A stretch of 64,000 nt of DNA, taken from positions 396,289-460,288 of the forward strand of contig CAVWFS010000008.1 of the NCBI GenBank assembly GCA_963754315.1. Reading direction: 5' to 3'. Shown here in pieces: positions 47,709 through 58,319 of the stretch. Origin of the DNA: an uncultured Candidatus Rokubacteria bacterium (GTDB taxonomy: Bacteria; Methylomirabilota; Methylomirabilia; Rokubacteriales; CSP1-6). The translations under genes were made by a program, and so were the position numbers. Below the pieces are notes generated by a model. It was not told where the DNA came from. It made no database searches and worked only from the letters and a program-made list of their open reading frames with translations. The stretch's first letter is position 1. The number at the start of each line of letters is the position of its first letter.

Positions 47709-48214
47709 GCCCTCGGCTGACTCTGGCGGCGCAGGACCTCGTCCCAGGGGCCGGGGAAGCGACCCTTTTGACCTTCGCCCGAGAACGGCCGCTCCCGCTG
47801 CCACTGGCTCCGCGGCAGCTCGTAGTAGACCTCGAGACCATTGCCGTCCGGATCGTCAAAGTAGATGCCGATGGAGACGGTGTGATCGGAGACCCGGACG
47901 GGAACGTCCTTGGCCTGCAAGCGGTGATACATCTCCTTCAGGTCGTCGAGGCTCGCCATCTTCCAGGCGACGTGATTGAGTCCGACCTGTCCCTTCTCTT
48001 GCCCGGGGGCGTCCTCACCGACCTCGAAGAGGGCGATGTCATGGGCGTGATCGGGGTCGGCAGCCAGGAAGGCAGCCCGCAAGCGTCCCGTCTCCGGAGA
48101 CATCATGGTGTCCTGGGTGTGCAGGCCGAAGACGTCGGTGTACCAGCGGTGCGAGCGCTCGGCGTTGCGGACGAAGATATTGACGTGGTCGAGCGATACG
48201 GGTGTGTAGGCCAT
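47705..48214 (-). CDS. VOC-family protein
   Basis: LDHVNI, HDIAL, GLNHVAW, IYFDDPDGNGLEVY. Confidence 0.9.
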   Translation of the reverse strand: MAYTPVSLDHVNIFVRNAERSHRWYTDVFGLHTQDTMMSPETGRLRAAFLAADPDHAHDIALFEVGEDAPGQEKGQVGLNHVAWKMASLDDLKEMYHRLQAKDVPVRVSDHTVSIGIYFDDPDGNGLEVYYELPRSQWQRERPFSGEGQKGRFPGPWDEVLRRQSQPRA

Positions 48215-48260
48215 GCCTCCCTCCTCCAGAATACGGTAGCAGATCGGCGGCGGCGACGAG

Positions 48261-49480
48261 TCACAACCTCCTGAGCCTCGGGAGCAGCCACGCGGTGATG
48301 CCTGTCAGGGCGGCCAAGGCCAGTCCGCTCGCCCCAAGCGCTGCGCTCACGCCGAACAGCGACGCGATCCCGCCGATCTGGAGTTGCCCGATCGGGGCGA
48401 GGCCAATCGCGACCACCCAAGCGCCGCCGGCCCGCCCGCGCAGTGCGGCGGGCACGGCAAACTGCAGCAGGCTCTGGGCGAGCAGGTCGGCCAGGGCCCC
48501 GATCGCGTTGGTGATCGTCAGGACGACCAGCACGCCTGCGAAACCCACCACATACGGGGCCAGGCCCAGGCTGGCCACGCTCGCCCCGAACGACACGAGG
48601 GTGACCAGAAAGAACGTCCCTCCGCCTCGCGCCGAGCCTCGCATCGAGGCCAAGAGACCGAGGACCCCACCGACGGAGCGGGCGGCGTTCAGCGCGCCAA
48701 GCCCTTCCGGACCGGTGTGCAGAATGTCACGGGCGAGACTGGGGAGCACCGCCTGGTGCGCGAACCCCAGGATCTCGGCACCGGCGGTCAAACTCATGAG
48801 GACGAGGAGGGTGCGGTCTTTGCGAACGAGCACGACGAAATCAATCACACCCCTCCACAGAGAATCAGGGTCCGTAGGCGTCAGCCGGACTGGCGCTGAG
48901 GCCGTGAGGAGCGCGGCGGCGCCGGCTAGAAAGGAACCGGCGACGAACAGGTACGCGGGGCCCGATCCCCAGCGAGCGATGACGGCACCAGCTCCGAGCG
49001 AGCCCAGGAGCCACCCCATCCGCATCGCAACGCCGAGCACGGCCAAGCCATTCACCAGGGACGCCGCGCCCACGATATCGTGCGTGTAGCTCTGTCGGGC
49101 CGCGTGCTCGAGGGCACGGAACGCCCCGGCCCCCAAGGTCAGCAGGACGAGCTGAGTCAGGCTCATCAGCTCGAACACCGTGAGCAGCCCCATCGCTGCC
49201 GCCGTGAGGGCTTGGCCGATGCCGGCCGCGATCAGCAAGCGATGCCGGGGAACCCGATCTGCGAGCACCCCGGCTGGCACGCCCACGAAGAAAAGCGGAA
49301 GAGCTCGGGCGCCCATGGCCAGACCGACCAGGAACGGTGAATCGGTGAGGCTGAGCGCGAGCCAGCCCAGCACCACCACTTCGCCCATCATCCCGACCGA
49401 GTTCAGAAGTGTCGCAACCCCGAGACCCCGGAAATCGGGGAGGCGAAGGAGAGCGAGGTTGAGCTTCAGGAGCGGGTCAC
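48261..49480 (-). CDS. MFS transporter
   Basis: AGVLADRVPR motif A, LRGRAGG, multiple TM segments. The frame extends upstream of 49391 (LLRLPDFRGL). The likely GTG at 49480 is 1 nt out of frame, so the start is uncertain. Confidence 0.85.
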
Positions 49481-51072
49481 TCGGTCAGCCCGACAGCCTC
49501 CAGGTAGCGGCGGTACGGCTCCAAGGTGTCGCCGTACTTCTGATGACCGGCGGTGTGCTGCGCGCAAGCCAGCAGCAGACGCTCACGGTCGCCGTGTGGG
49601 TTTCTCCGATAGTCGTCGAGCAGACAGAGGGCGATCTCCTGGTTGTGGGTATCGTTGCCGTGCTTCAGGGCGTCCAAGGCCAACGTGCTCACCAGTCGGT
49701 CACGGTCGTGGCCGCCGCCGAGATAGGCGCGCGTCCACGCCACGCTCTCGGCCGGCTTCATCGCCACCTGCGCCTCGTCGATCCGTCGGAGGATCTCGTC
49801 GGCCGCCATGGCCTCCGAACCCTGGGGCGGGCGCGTGTCGGCCTGACCGTTGCCAGGGGTCGCGCGCAGCCAGTGAGCAGCCTGGTTGATGAACGACCCG
49901 GCCACGTAGAGCAGCTTGAGGCGATGGGGATGCTCGAAGGTGGTCATGAACCACCGCAGGGTGTTGAGGTACTGGAAGCAGTGCTGGGGCATGGAGAAGT
50001 TGCGGCCGTCGGCGGTCTCGAGGATCAGATCCGCGCTGGCGATCTGCATGGTGTCGAGGATGTGCAAGGGGTCCTTGCCGGCCAGCAAGAGCGCCGTGAT
50101 CGCATCGATATAGGCCGGCTCGGAAGCCTGGGTGAGCGCCTCGATGAGCTCCTTCGCCTCCTTGGCCGTGAGGGGCGCGCGGTTGGCGAGCAGGCGCTCC
50201 TCGCAGACGACCGACGGGCTCAGGTCGAGCGACGACTGGTTCCGGTGCTCGTCGTCGGCCAGGTGAATCCAGCTCACCTGGCAGGCCATCTCGTAGTTGG
50301 CGTGCCAGCGCGGGCCCACCGCCATATCGAGGACACCCGCGAAGATGACGTCGTGGGCGTTATCCCAGCCGATCGCATCGCCGATCTCGATGGTGGCGCG
50401 CGCGCGGTACGACTTGTGGCCGGTCGTGTAGGAGCGGTTGTAGAGCATCCGGTCCTGCACGTCGATCAACCCGGCGAAGGCGAGCTGGGCGAAGAGCTCG
50501 CGTCGGCGCCCGCGCTCCTCGAAGAGGCCGAGGAACACGCGATAGGCTTCGATCACTTGGCCTTGCTGGACCAGGGTCAGCCAATGGTCGAGTCGATCCT
50601 CGAAGGGGCCGTCCAGGCGCTGCGGGGTCTGGTCCTGCCAGTGCGCGGTGGGCTTCGGGAAAGGCTGCGTCTTGCCGCCCCTCCACGTCCGGCGCCCGTA
50701 GTGACCGGGAGCATTGCCGATGAGCTGGTTCCACGGATCGAGCGCGGTGGGAACGTACCAGATGGCCTGGGCCATGGGCAGGTATGCGAGCTCGGGGGCG
50801 ACGAAGTCCGGCAGCCGGAGGCCGGCGCGCACGATCGACAGGCAGTGATCGTTGTTCACGAAGCGGAAGAAACCGCGGTCGATGCGCTGGTGATAGGGCA
50901 CGTGCGTGTAGGGCGCGTGGATCCGCACGGTCTCCCGGGCGATCTCGGTCACCGGGCGTCCAGTCTTGACCAGGTCGTGGAAGGTCAGGGTCGCACCCAC
51001 CTGATCCCGTGCCAGGCACCGCTCCTCGAGCTTCGCGTACAGGCTGGCTGTCCCGTTTCCCGCGTTCACCAT
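49477..51072 (-). CDS. Hypothetical 531-aa protein with four His-containing helical repeats
   Basis: GGAGG RBS before the ATG at 51072; strong GC3 bias; co-oriented with neighbours; no family motif recognised. Confidence 0.85.
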   Translation of the reverse strand: MVNAGNGTASLYAKLEERCLARDQVGATLTFHDLVKTGRPVTEIARETVRIHAPYTHVPYHQRIDRGFFRFVNNDHCLSIVRAGLRLPDFVAPELAYLPMAQAIWYVPTALDPWNQLIGNAPGHYGRRTWRGGKTQPFPKPTAHWQDQTPQRLDGPFEDRLDHWLTLVQQGQVIEAYRVFLGLFEERGRRRELFAQLAFAGLIDVQDRMLYNRSYTTGHKSYRARATIEIGDAIGWDNAHDVIFAGVLDMAVGPRWHANYEMACQVSWIHLADDEHRNQSSLDLSPSVVCEERLLANRAPLTAKEAKELIEALTQASEPAYIDAITALLLAGKDPLHILDTMQIASADLILETADGRNFSMPQHCFQYLNTLRWFMTTFEHPHRLKLLYVAGSFINQAAHWLRATPGNGQADTRPPQGSEAMAADEILRRIDEAQVAMKPAESVAWTRAYLGGGHDRDRLVSTLALDALKHGNDTHNQEIALCLLDDYRRNPHGDRERLLLACAQHTAGHQKYGDTLEPYRRYLEAVGLTE

Positions 51073-51150
51073 GAAGACCTCCGTCGGTCTGCGTGAGGCA
51101 ACCTTACCGCTGTCCGCCGTTCGGGTCCAGTCGTGTGGCGCTGCCCCCAC

Positions 51151-51933
51151 TCAGCCCGCCGGCTCCCCGGCGTTGACGGCCAGGACTTGCCCCGAGATGC
51201 TCCGAGCCATGTCGCTGCAAAAGAACACCGTGGCATCGACGATATCGTCCGCGGTGACCATGCGCTTGAGCGGCGAGCGCTCGATCATGGCCTTGCGCAT
51301 CTCCTCGACCGAGATGCCTCGCACCCGGGCCTGGCCGGCGATGACCTGGTCGATGCGGTCTCCCTCGACGGCGCCGGGGGCCACACAGTTGACGCGGATC
51401 TTCTGGGGCGCCAGCTCGAGCGCCATGCCGTACGTCATGCCGACCTGACCGGCCTTGGCCGAGCAATACCCGATGCGGTAGGGCAGACCGCGGCGGCCGG
51501 CCCCGGAGGAGATGTTCACGATGGCTCCCCCGCCGGCCTTGATCATCTCGGGGACGACGAAGCGGGTGCAGAGGTAGGAGCTGGTCAGGCACGAGTCGAT
51601 CGTGTAGCGCCAGTCCTCCATGAGATAGTCCTGAACGGGTTTGGTGGGGCCGCCGTCGCCCGCGTTGTTCACCAGCGTGTCGATCTTGCCGTACGCGCGC
51701 AGGCCCTCGGCGACCAGGCGCCTGACGTCGTCCTCCACCGCCGCGTCGCCCACGACCGCAACGGCCTGACCGCCGGCCTTTTGCACCTGGTTGGCGGTGT
51801 CTTTCACGAGATCGGCCGAGCGTGCCGCGCACACGACCCGTGCTCCTTCCCGGGCGAAGCGCAGGCTCAAGGCGCGGCCAATTCCCTTGGAGGCGCCGGT
51901 GATGATGGCCACCCTGCCGTCGAGCAAACCCAT
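51151..51933 (-). CDS. SDR-family oxidoreductase
   Basis: TGASKGIG, NNAG, YCSAK, NCVAPG. Confidence 0.92.
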   Translation of the reverse strand: MGLLDGRVAIITGASKGIGRALSLRFAREGARVVCAARSADLVKDTANQVQKAGGQAVAVVGDAAVEDDVRRLVAEGLRAYGKIDTLVNNAGDGGPTKPVQDYLMEDWRYTIDSCLTSSYLCTRFVVPEMIKAGGGAIVNISSGAGRRGLPYRIGYCSAKAGQVGMTYGMALELAPQKIRVNCVAPGAVEGDRIDQVIAGQARVRGISVEEMRKAMIERSPLKRMVTADDIVDATVFFCSDMARSISGQVLAVNAGEPAG

Positions 51934-51950
51934 GGTCGTCTCCTCAATCC

Positions 51951-53090
51951 TCAGCGCCAGAGCTGAGCCGACGCCAGCCGCGCACCCTCGCTCATCGCCT
52001 GCAGCTTGGCCCAGGCGATCTCCGGCTCGACCTGGAGGTTAGACCGCGCGAAGGTGGCGAAGCCGCAGTCGGTGCCCGCGATCACACGCTCTCGCCCGAC
52101 GACCTCGGCGTAGCGGACCAGACGCTGGGCCACCAGCTCCGGGTGCTCGATGAAGTTGGTGGTGGAGTCGAGCACACCAGGAATGATGATCTTGTCGTCC
52201 GGCAGCCGCGTCTCCCGGAACACGATCCACTCATGCTCGTGACGGGGGTTGGCCCCCTCGAAGGACAGCCCCTGCGGGCGCGCCTTGAGGGCCACGGCCA
52301 GCAGATCGCGGAGCGGAATGTCGCGGTGGTGGGGTCCTTCGTAGTTGCCCCAGCAAAGATGCACGCGCATGCGATCCGCCGGGATGTCGCGCAGGGCATG
52401 GTTGAGGGCCTCGACGTTGGCTTCCGCGATCTTGAGAAATTCGCCCGTACTCAGCTCCGGAAAGGCCAGGTGGCGCCCCATGGCCAGATCCGGACAGTCG
52501 ACTTGGAGGATGAAGCCGGCCCGATGAATTGTGTCGTACTCCTCCTTCATGACCTCCACGAGCCGGGCCAGATACGCCTCCCGGGTCGGATAGTGCTCGT
52601 TCCGGAGGAAGTGGGCGATGACCCCCGGGGAGGCCGCCGTCATGAAGGCCTCCGTCGCCGGTCGGGCGGCCAAAGCCGCGCGCAAGTTCGCGATGTCCTG
52701 CTCCACCGCCCCGGGATTCTTCCAGGCGATGGGGCCATTGCATGAGGGCCGCGCGATCGCCGACCGCCGCTCGGCGCGGGCGGCGGCCTCGGGAAAGTCG
52801 GCCCAGTCTGCCCGCATGGGCACCGCGCTTTGTCCGCCGAACCCGGTGAGGCGGTGTCTGACGTACGTGGAGTAGCCGACCTTGCCTTGCTCGCCGTCGT
52901 TGACGATGTCGATGCCGGCGTCGACCTGCGTGCGCACGACATCGGCGACGGCCCGACGCACCCGGCTCTCCATGGCGGCCGGGTCGTGCATGCTCCCTGC
53001 GTCCAGGGTCTCCAGCAGAGCCGTAAGGTCCGATGGGCGCGGGAGACTCCCGGTGTGCGTGGTGAGGATGCGGTCCGTGCTGCGCTTCAT
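51951..53090 (-). CDS. Cobalamin-independent methionine synthase II family protein (epoxyalkane:CoM transferase-like)
   Basis: ILTTHTGSLPRP, NDGEQGK, HLCWGNYEGPH, EGANPRHEHE, GTDCGF. Confidence 0.88.
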   Translation of the reverse strand: MKRSTDRILTTHTGSLPRPSDLTALLETLDAGSMHDPAAMESRVRRAVADVVRTQVDAGIDIVNDGEQGKVGYSTYVRHRLTGFGGQSAVPMRADWADFPEAAARAERRSAIARPSCNGPIAWKNPGAVEQDIANLRAALAARPATEAFMTAASPGVIAHFLRNEHYPTREAYLARLVEVMKEEYDTIHRAGFILQVDCPDLAMGRHLAFPELSTGEFLKIAEANVEALNHALRDIPADRMRVHLCWGNYEGPHHRDIPLRDLLAVALKARPQGLSFEGANPRHEHEWIVFRETRLPDDKIIIPGVLDSTTNFIEHPELVAQRLVRYAEVVGRERVIAGTDCGFATFARSNLQVEPEIAWAKLQAMSEGARLASAQLWR

Positions 53091-53254
53091 GACTCGGCCC
53101 TCCGAGCTTATTGCGGCGTGCCGAAGCAGGGTAGCACAGGAGAGGGACTGGAATTCGCCCCGCCGGTCTGCCATCCTGGGCGCGTCTGGCTCCGGTGGAG
53201 ATCGCCCCGATCGCAACCTAGTGGCCGGCCAAAGTCGACGAGGAGACGATCGCG

Positions 53255-54918
53255 ATGAAGATCAAGGCGGCGAACGGTGTGGCGCGAATCCTCAAGTCCG
53301 AGGGAATTCCCTGGGTGAGCTGTTATCCCACCAATCATGTGAACAACGCCCTCGGTGAGGAAGGCGTCCCGATCCTGATGATGGGCGAGGAGCGCTTCGC
53401 GGTGGCGGTCGCCGACGGGTTCTCTCGAGTGACCTGCGGCAAACAGATCGGCGTGTGCACGGTCATGGCCAATCTGAACGCGGCCGGCATCCAGATGGCC
53501 TATGGCGCCATCGCCCAGGCCTGGGAGGATTCGTCCCCGCTCCTGGTCATCGCGGAGGGCGTGGGCCAGGGGGCCAGCCGGCACACGCACTACGACATGG
53601 CGGAAGCGTTCAAGTCGGTCACCAAGTGGGTCGGCAAAGTGGACCGCGCTGACCTCGTGCCCGACTACGTTCGCCGGGCGTTCACGCATCTCCGCTCGGG
53701 ACGGCCTGGGCCCGTCTTGCTCGTTATCCCGCGCGATCTCGGTGAGTACGACGAGGGCGAACACCCGTACGCGCAGGTCAAGGGCTGGAGGTCGGGCCCT
53801 GACCCTGACGATGTCAAAGCGGCCGTCAAGGCCCTGTTGGCCGCCAAGGATCCGCTCCTGTACGTGGGCGAGGGGGTCCTCTACGCGGACGCCACCAATG
53901 AGCTGCGGCAATTCGCCGAGGCCGCTCAGGTGCCGGTGCTGACCACCTTGAAGGCGAAGGGAGCCTTCCCGGAGAACCACCCGCTGTCGGTCGGAGTACG
54001 AGGCTCGCTGGCCGAGCACTTTCTCGGCAAGGCCGACCTCTTGTTCTCGGTCGGATCGAGCCTCTTTCCCAACCGCTTCAGCCACGCTATTCCCGACGCC
54101 GACCGCAAGACCATCATCCAATGCACGATCGACACCCTGGACATCAACCGGAGCTACCACACGCAGCACGCGGTCATCGGCGATGCCAAGCTGAGCCTGC
54201 AGGCTCTGGTCAATGAGCTGTCGGCACGGGGGGGCGCAAGAAGCCCGAGCTCCTCGAGGAGATCCGCGCGGGCAAACAGGCCTTCCTGGCGAAGTTCCGG
54301 CCGTGGCTGGAATCAGCTGAGACCCCCATCAACCCGTATCGGGTGATCGGCGATCTCATGAAGGTGCTCGATCCCAAGGCGTCGTTCGTGACGGCCGATT
54401 CCGGGAATACCCGGGACCAGACCAGCACGGTCTATGAGACGCAGATCCCGCGCGGCTTTCTTGGCTGGGGTAACGTATCGACCTTGGGCTTCAGCCTGGC
54501 GGGCGCCGTTGCCGCCAAGCTCGCCTATCCAGACCGGCAGTGCGTGCACGTCACCGGCGACGCTGGCGTGTGCTACATGATGGGCAACTTCGAGGCCGTC
54601 GCGCGCTACAAGATCGGCATCACGACCATCCACATCAACAACGGCGGCTACTCGGGATACGGCCCCGGTTTCTGGGGAGCCGGCCATGATCCGTATACGT
54701 GGCAAGTGTCGGATCATACCCGCGCCTGCATGTCCTCGATGGCGAAGGCAGTCGGTTTCCACGGCGAGGATGTCACGGCGCCGGCGGAGATCATCCCCGC
54801 TCTCAAGCGCGCGCTCGACGAGAACGCCAAGGGTCGGCCGGCCTTCCTGGAATTCATCTGCTCGCACCATCCGGTCCACGGAGGCTGGGTCAGGCCAGGA
54901 ACTGGATCAGGCCATTGA
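53255..54918 (+). CDS. ThDP-dependent enzyme (acetolactate synthase-like superfamily), one frameshift in a G7 run at 54228-54234
   Basis: EERFAVAVADGFSR and GRPGPVLL in ORF 53255; continues as INPYRVI...TLGFSL...GDAG...NNGG in the frame of ORF 54343..54918. Confidence 0.85.
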
Positions 54919-54958
54919 ATGACGCAGTGAAGATTGGCGCGACACACGGAGAGAAGAC

Positions 54959-56164
54959 ATGAGCAGAGCGCTCAACGGGATTCGGGTGGTGGATCTCACG
55001 CAGTTCGAGGCGGGAACCTCGTGCACGCAGATGCTGGCCTGGCTGGGTGCCGAGGTGATCAAAGTGGAAGAGCCGCGCAAGGGTGACCCGGGCCGCTATG
55101 GCCGGCCTGAGAAAGCAGGCGTGGACTCGAGCTACTTTCTCACGCTCAACGCCAACAAGAAGAGTGTCACGCTCAACCTCAAGCACCCGCAGGGCAAGGC
55201 CATGTTCCTGGACATGGTCAAGCAAGCGGACGTGGTGGCCGAAAACCAAGCGCCGGGCGCCATGGACAAGATGGGACTCGGCTACGAGGCACTGAGCGCG
55301 CTCAATCCGCGCTTGATCTATCTTTCCGTCAAGGGCTTCGGCACCTACGGACCGTACAGCCAGTACAAGAGCTTCGATATGATCGCCCAGGCCACCGGAG
55401 GGGCGATGTCACTGACGGGCTTCCCAGGCTCGCCGCCCCTCAAACCGGGCCCGACCATCGGCGACTCGGGAACCGGGATGCACGCCGCCTTCGGCGTGAT
55501 GGCGGCGCTCTGGCAGCGCCAGGCCTCGGGCGTGGGGCAGCACGTCGAGGTCGCCATGCAGGACGCGGTGGTGAACCTGTGCCGGATCGCCATGCGTCTG
55601 GCCTACGCCGGCGGTTCGTTCGAGCCCCGGCGCGGCAACGAGATTGCCAACACCTCCCCCTCTGGCATCTATCGCTGCAAGCCGGGTGGCCCAGACGACT
55701 ACGCCTACATCTACCCACAGCCGGTCCGCACGCACATGTGGGACGCGCTGCTCAAGACGATTGGCCGGTCCGATCTCATCGGGCATCCCGAATGGTCCGA
55801 CCCCAAGTGGCGCGCAGCCCACAAGGACGAGGTCAATGCGCTGGTCGAAGGGTGGACGATGACCCGCACCAAGCACGAGGTGATGGCCGTGCTCGGCGAG
55901 GCAGGCGTGCCGACGGGCGCGTGCCTGACCCCGACCGAGATCCTCGCCGATCCGCATTTGAAGGCACGCGAGATGGTGGTGACCATCCAGCATCCGGGGT
56001 GGGGCGAGTTCACCATGCCGGGCAATCCCGTGCAGCTCTCGAAGTCACGCACGGAGGTGAAGCCGGCGCCTCTGCTCGGTCAGCACAACGCCGAGATCTA
56101 CAAGGAGTGGCTCTCGCTCGGTGCCGAGGACCTGGCCCGACTCAAGGCCGACGGGGTGATCTGA
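54959..56164 (+). CDS. Class III CoA-transferase, formyl-CoA transferase-like
   Basis: [33 protein letters not shown], catalytic [17 protein letters not shown]. Confidence 0.9.
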   Translation: MSRALNGIRVVDLTQFEAGTSCTQMLAWLGAEVIKVEEPRKGDPGRYGRPEKAGVDSSYFLTLNANKKSVTLNLKHPQGKAMFLDMVKQADVVAENQAPGAMDKMGLGYEALSALNPRLIYLSVKGFGTYGPYSQYKSFDMIAQATGGAMSLTGFPGSPPLKPGPTIGDSGTGMHAAFGVMAALWQRQASGVGQHVEVAMQDAVVNLCRIAMRLAYAGGSFEPRRGNEIANTSPSGIYRCKPGGPDDYAYIYPQPVRTHMWDALLKTIGRSDLIGHPEWSDPKWRAAHKDEVNALVEGWTMTRTKHEVMAVLGEAGVPTGACLTPTEILADPHLKAREMVVTIQHPGWGEFTMPGNPVQLSKSRTEVKPAPLLGQHNAEIYKEWLSLGAEDLARLKADGVI

Positions 56165-56168
56165 AGCC

Positions 56169-57664
56169 TCAGCGACGGCGGTATTCGGACGCGCTGGCCA
56201 GCGGGTCGTAGGCCGCGTTCTCGAAGCCTTGATACTTGAGGACGGTCACCATCCCGGCGGCCAGGTGATAGAGCACGTGGCAGTGCAGCAGCCAGTAGCC
56301 GGGGTACCCGGCGTCGAACTGGACCTTCACGGTCTGGCGCGGCATGACGAGGACCGTGTCGCGCTTGGCGCCCGGCAGGCGTCGGCCGTCGATCTCGGTT
56401 ACCTGAAAGACGTGGCCGTGCAGGTGCATGGGATGCGTCATGCCCGTACGGTTCACGAAGGCGATCTCGACCCGCTCGCCCTTCTTGACCTCGAGCGGAG
56501 TGATACCGGGCCACGTCTGATCGTTGAGCATCCAGACGTACCCGACCATCTTCCCGTCGAGCGTGACCTGGAGCTTTCTGTCCACGGGACGAACGGGGAG
56601 GGATTGCACGGCCCGCAACCGTGACTCCTGGGCATTGGTGAGGGCGCCGGCGAGAGCCTTCGCCGTTGGCGCGATCTTGGGGATCGAGGCCTGCGGGGTG
56701 GCCAGGATCACCCCAGCCTGCAGGTCGCTGCCCTCGCCCTGGGCGATGATCGGGTACGCGCCCTGGCCAGCTGGAATCGTGACTCTGAGATCCAGACGCT
56801 GCGCGATGCCCAGCTCGAAAGTCGTCCCCGCCAGCGGGACGATGTTCTCTCCGTCTACGGCCACCGCTTCCGCGGGTAGTGCCCCCGTCCTGATGAAGAA
56901 GTTGGTCGCGCTGCTTCCCGCGATGATCCTGAGTCGAACGCGCTCGCCTGGGCGTACTCGCACCACCTCAGGGTCGGCGAGGGTGCGGCGGTTGGCGAGG
57001 AGCGCGTCATACTTGACGTCGTTGAGGTCTGGCGCGAGGTGGCGGTCATGCCCGCCATGACGACGAGTCTTGGCGGGAGCCATGGCCTGCCATGTCGCCC
57101 GTCTTGGCCTTCAGCTCGCCGAGGATCTCGAGGGGATCACGGGTCGTGAAATCGTTTAGGATCACCACCACCTCGTACTCCTCGGGAGCGGCCTGAGGGT
57201 CGCGAAGGATGAGCGGGGCTGTCAGGAGCTGCTGCTCCTGCAGGCCAAAGTGGGAATGCATCCAGAACGTTCCCGCCTGGACGATCGGGAAGTCGTAGAG
57301 CCGCCGCTCGCCGGGCTTGATGGGCGGCTGGGTCACATAGGGCACGCCATCCTGGCCGTTGGGCAGAATGAGGCCATGCCAGTGAATCGTGGTGGGCTCG
57401 CGCGTTTCGTTCTCCAGCGCCACCTGGAACCGCCCGCCCTTGACGCCGATGAATCCCTGCTCGCCGTTGTCCTGCAGGATGCTGTAGGCGAACCCGCGCT
57501 TACCCTGGACTTCGAGCTGGCCCGCGACCACGCGCAGGCGAGTGAATCCCGACGGGCACCGGCTCCGCCGTGGATTGAGCCCACGCGAGGGGAGGAGCGA
57601 TCCTGGTTGCCATCAAGGCCAGCGTGGCTGAGGATCCGCCCACGAACGTCCGTCGATCGAGTAT
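56169..57664 (-). pseudogene. Tat-exported multicopper oxidase, frameshifted as assembled
   Basis: Cu motifs IHWHG and WMHSH (ORF 57046..57531), HPMHLHGH and HCHVLYH...M (ORF 56169..57083). Tat signal DRRTFV lies in a third frame starting at ATA 57664 after GGAGG. Confidence 0.85.
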
Positions 57665-57727
57665 CGTTAGCCTCCCCAGAACCGCGTCCGCGTCGAGCCT
57701 AGCACGGCTGCGCGTCCTCCAGGCTCG

Positions 57728-57756
57728 TTGACATACCGAGATGGGATCGATAGCAT
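57728..57756 (+). promoter_or_regulatory. Putative sigma70 promoter of the degenerate TA module
   Basis: TTGACA-17 bp-TAGCAT. Confidence 0.6.
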
Positions 57757-57793
57757 TCTTGGCATACGATTACGATATCGATGGAGCCGGGCC

Positions 57794-58261
57794 ATGGAAA
57801 CCATCTCACCATCTCGTCCCTAAGTTTCAGAATCGTCATCCCGTAAGGCGCATCTCTACGGGACGGATCGAGCATTCGCTGGGCCTGACAGTGCGCGGAC
57901 CTGAAGGGTCGCAGACGATCCGTCTACGGATGACTCGGACTCGAGCGCTCGGATTCCGCTCCGAGCGCGGCGCTCGGACCAGATGCGCTGCGATCCTCCT
58001 GGATCTAGAGGTGTTCAAGCGAGTACTGCAGCAACGGGACGAGGGAGCGCCCTGCGCGCTGTTGCCGTCATGCAGCAGGGCACGGTGATCGACCTCGACC
58101 TGCGTGTCGCCTTGAGTGCGGCGCGGTCAGCATTGACACCAGCTTCCCTGGCCGACAGCGTGGTGCTTGCCACGGCGCGCCTGCATGACGCCACCCTGTG
58201 GACACAGGATTCTGATTTCGAGAGCCTGCCTGGCGTGCGCTACCGCCCGCGGAGATCCTGA
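57794..58261 (+). pseudogene. Degenerate AbrB/MazE-type antitoxin plus VapC toxin remnant
   Basis: Broken MET.TISPKFQIVIP AbrB N-terminus from 57794; PIN fragments EVFKRVLQQR and LADSVVLATARLHDATLWTQDSDFESLPGVRY ending at 58261. Confidence 0.7.
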
Positions 58262-58319
58262 CGCGTCGCGGCTGGCTCAGTCCCCGGACACCGGTGACGA
58301 CCAGGGAAGGGAGATAGCG

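Noticed and set aside
54228-54234. Programmed frameshift or phase variation at the G7 run
   Set aside because: Many other indels nearby point to sequencing error, and a cytoplasmic ThDP enzyme is an unlikely phase-variation target.
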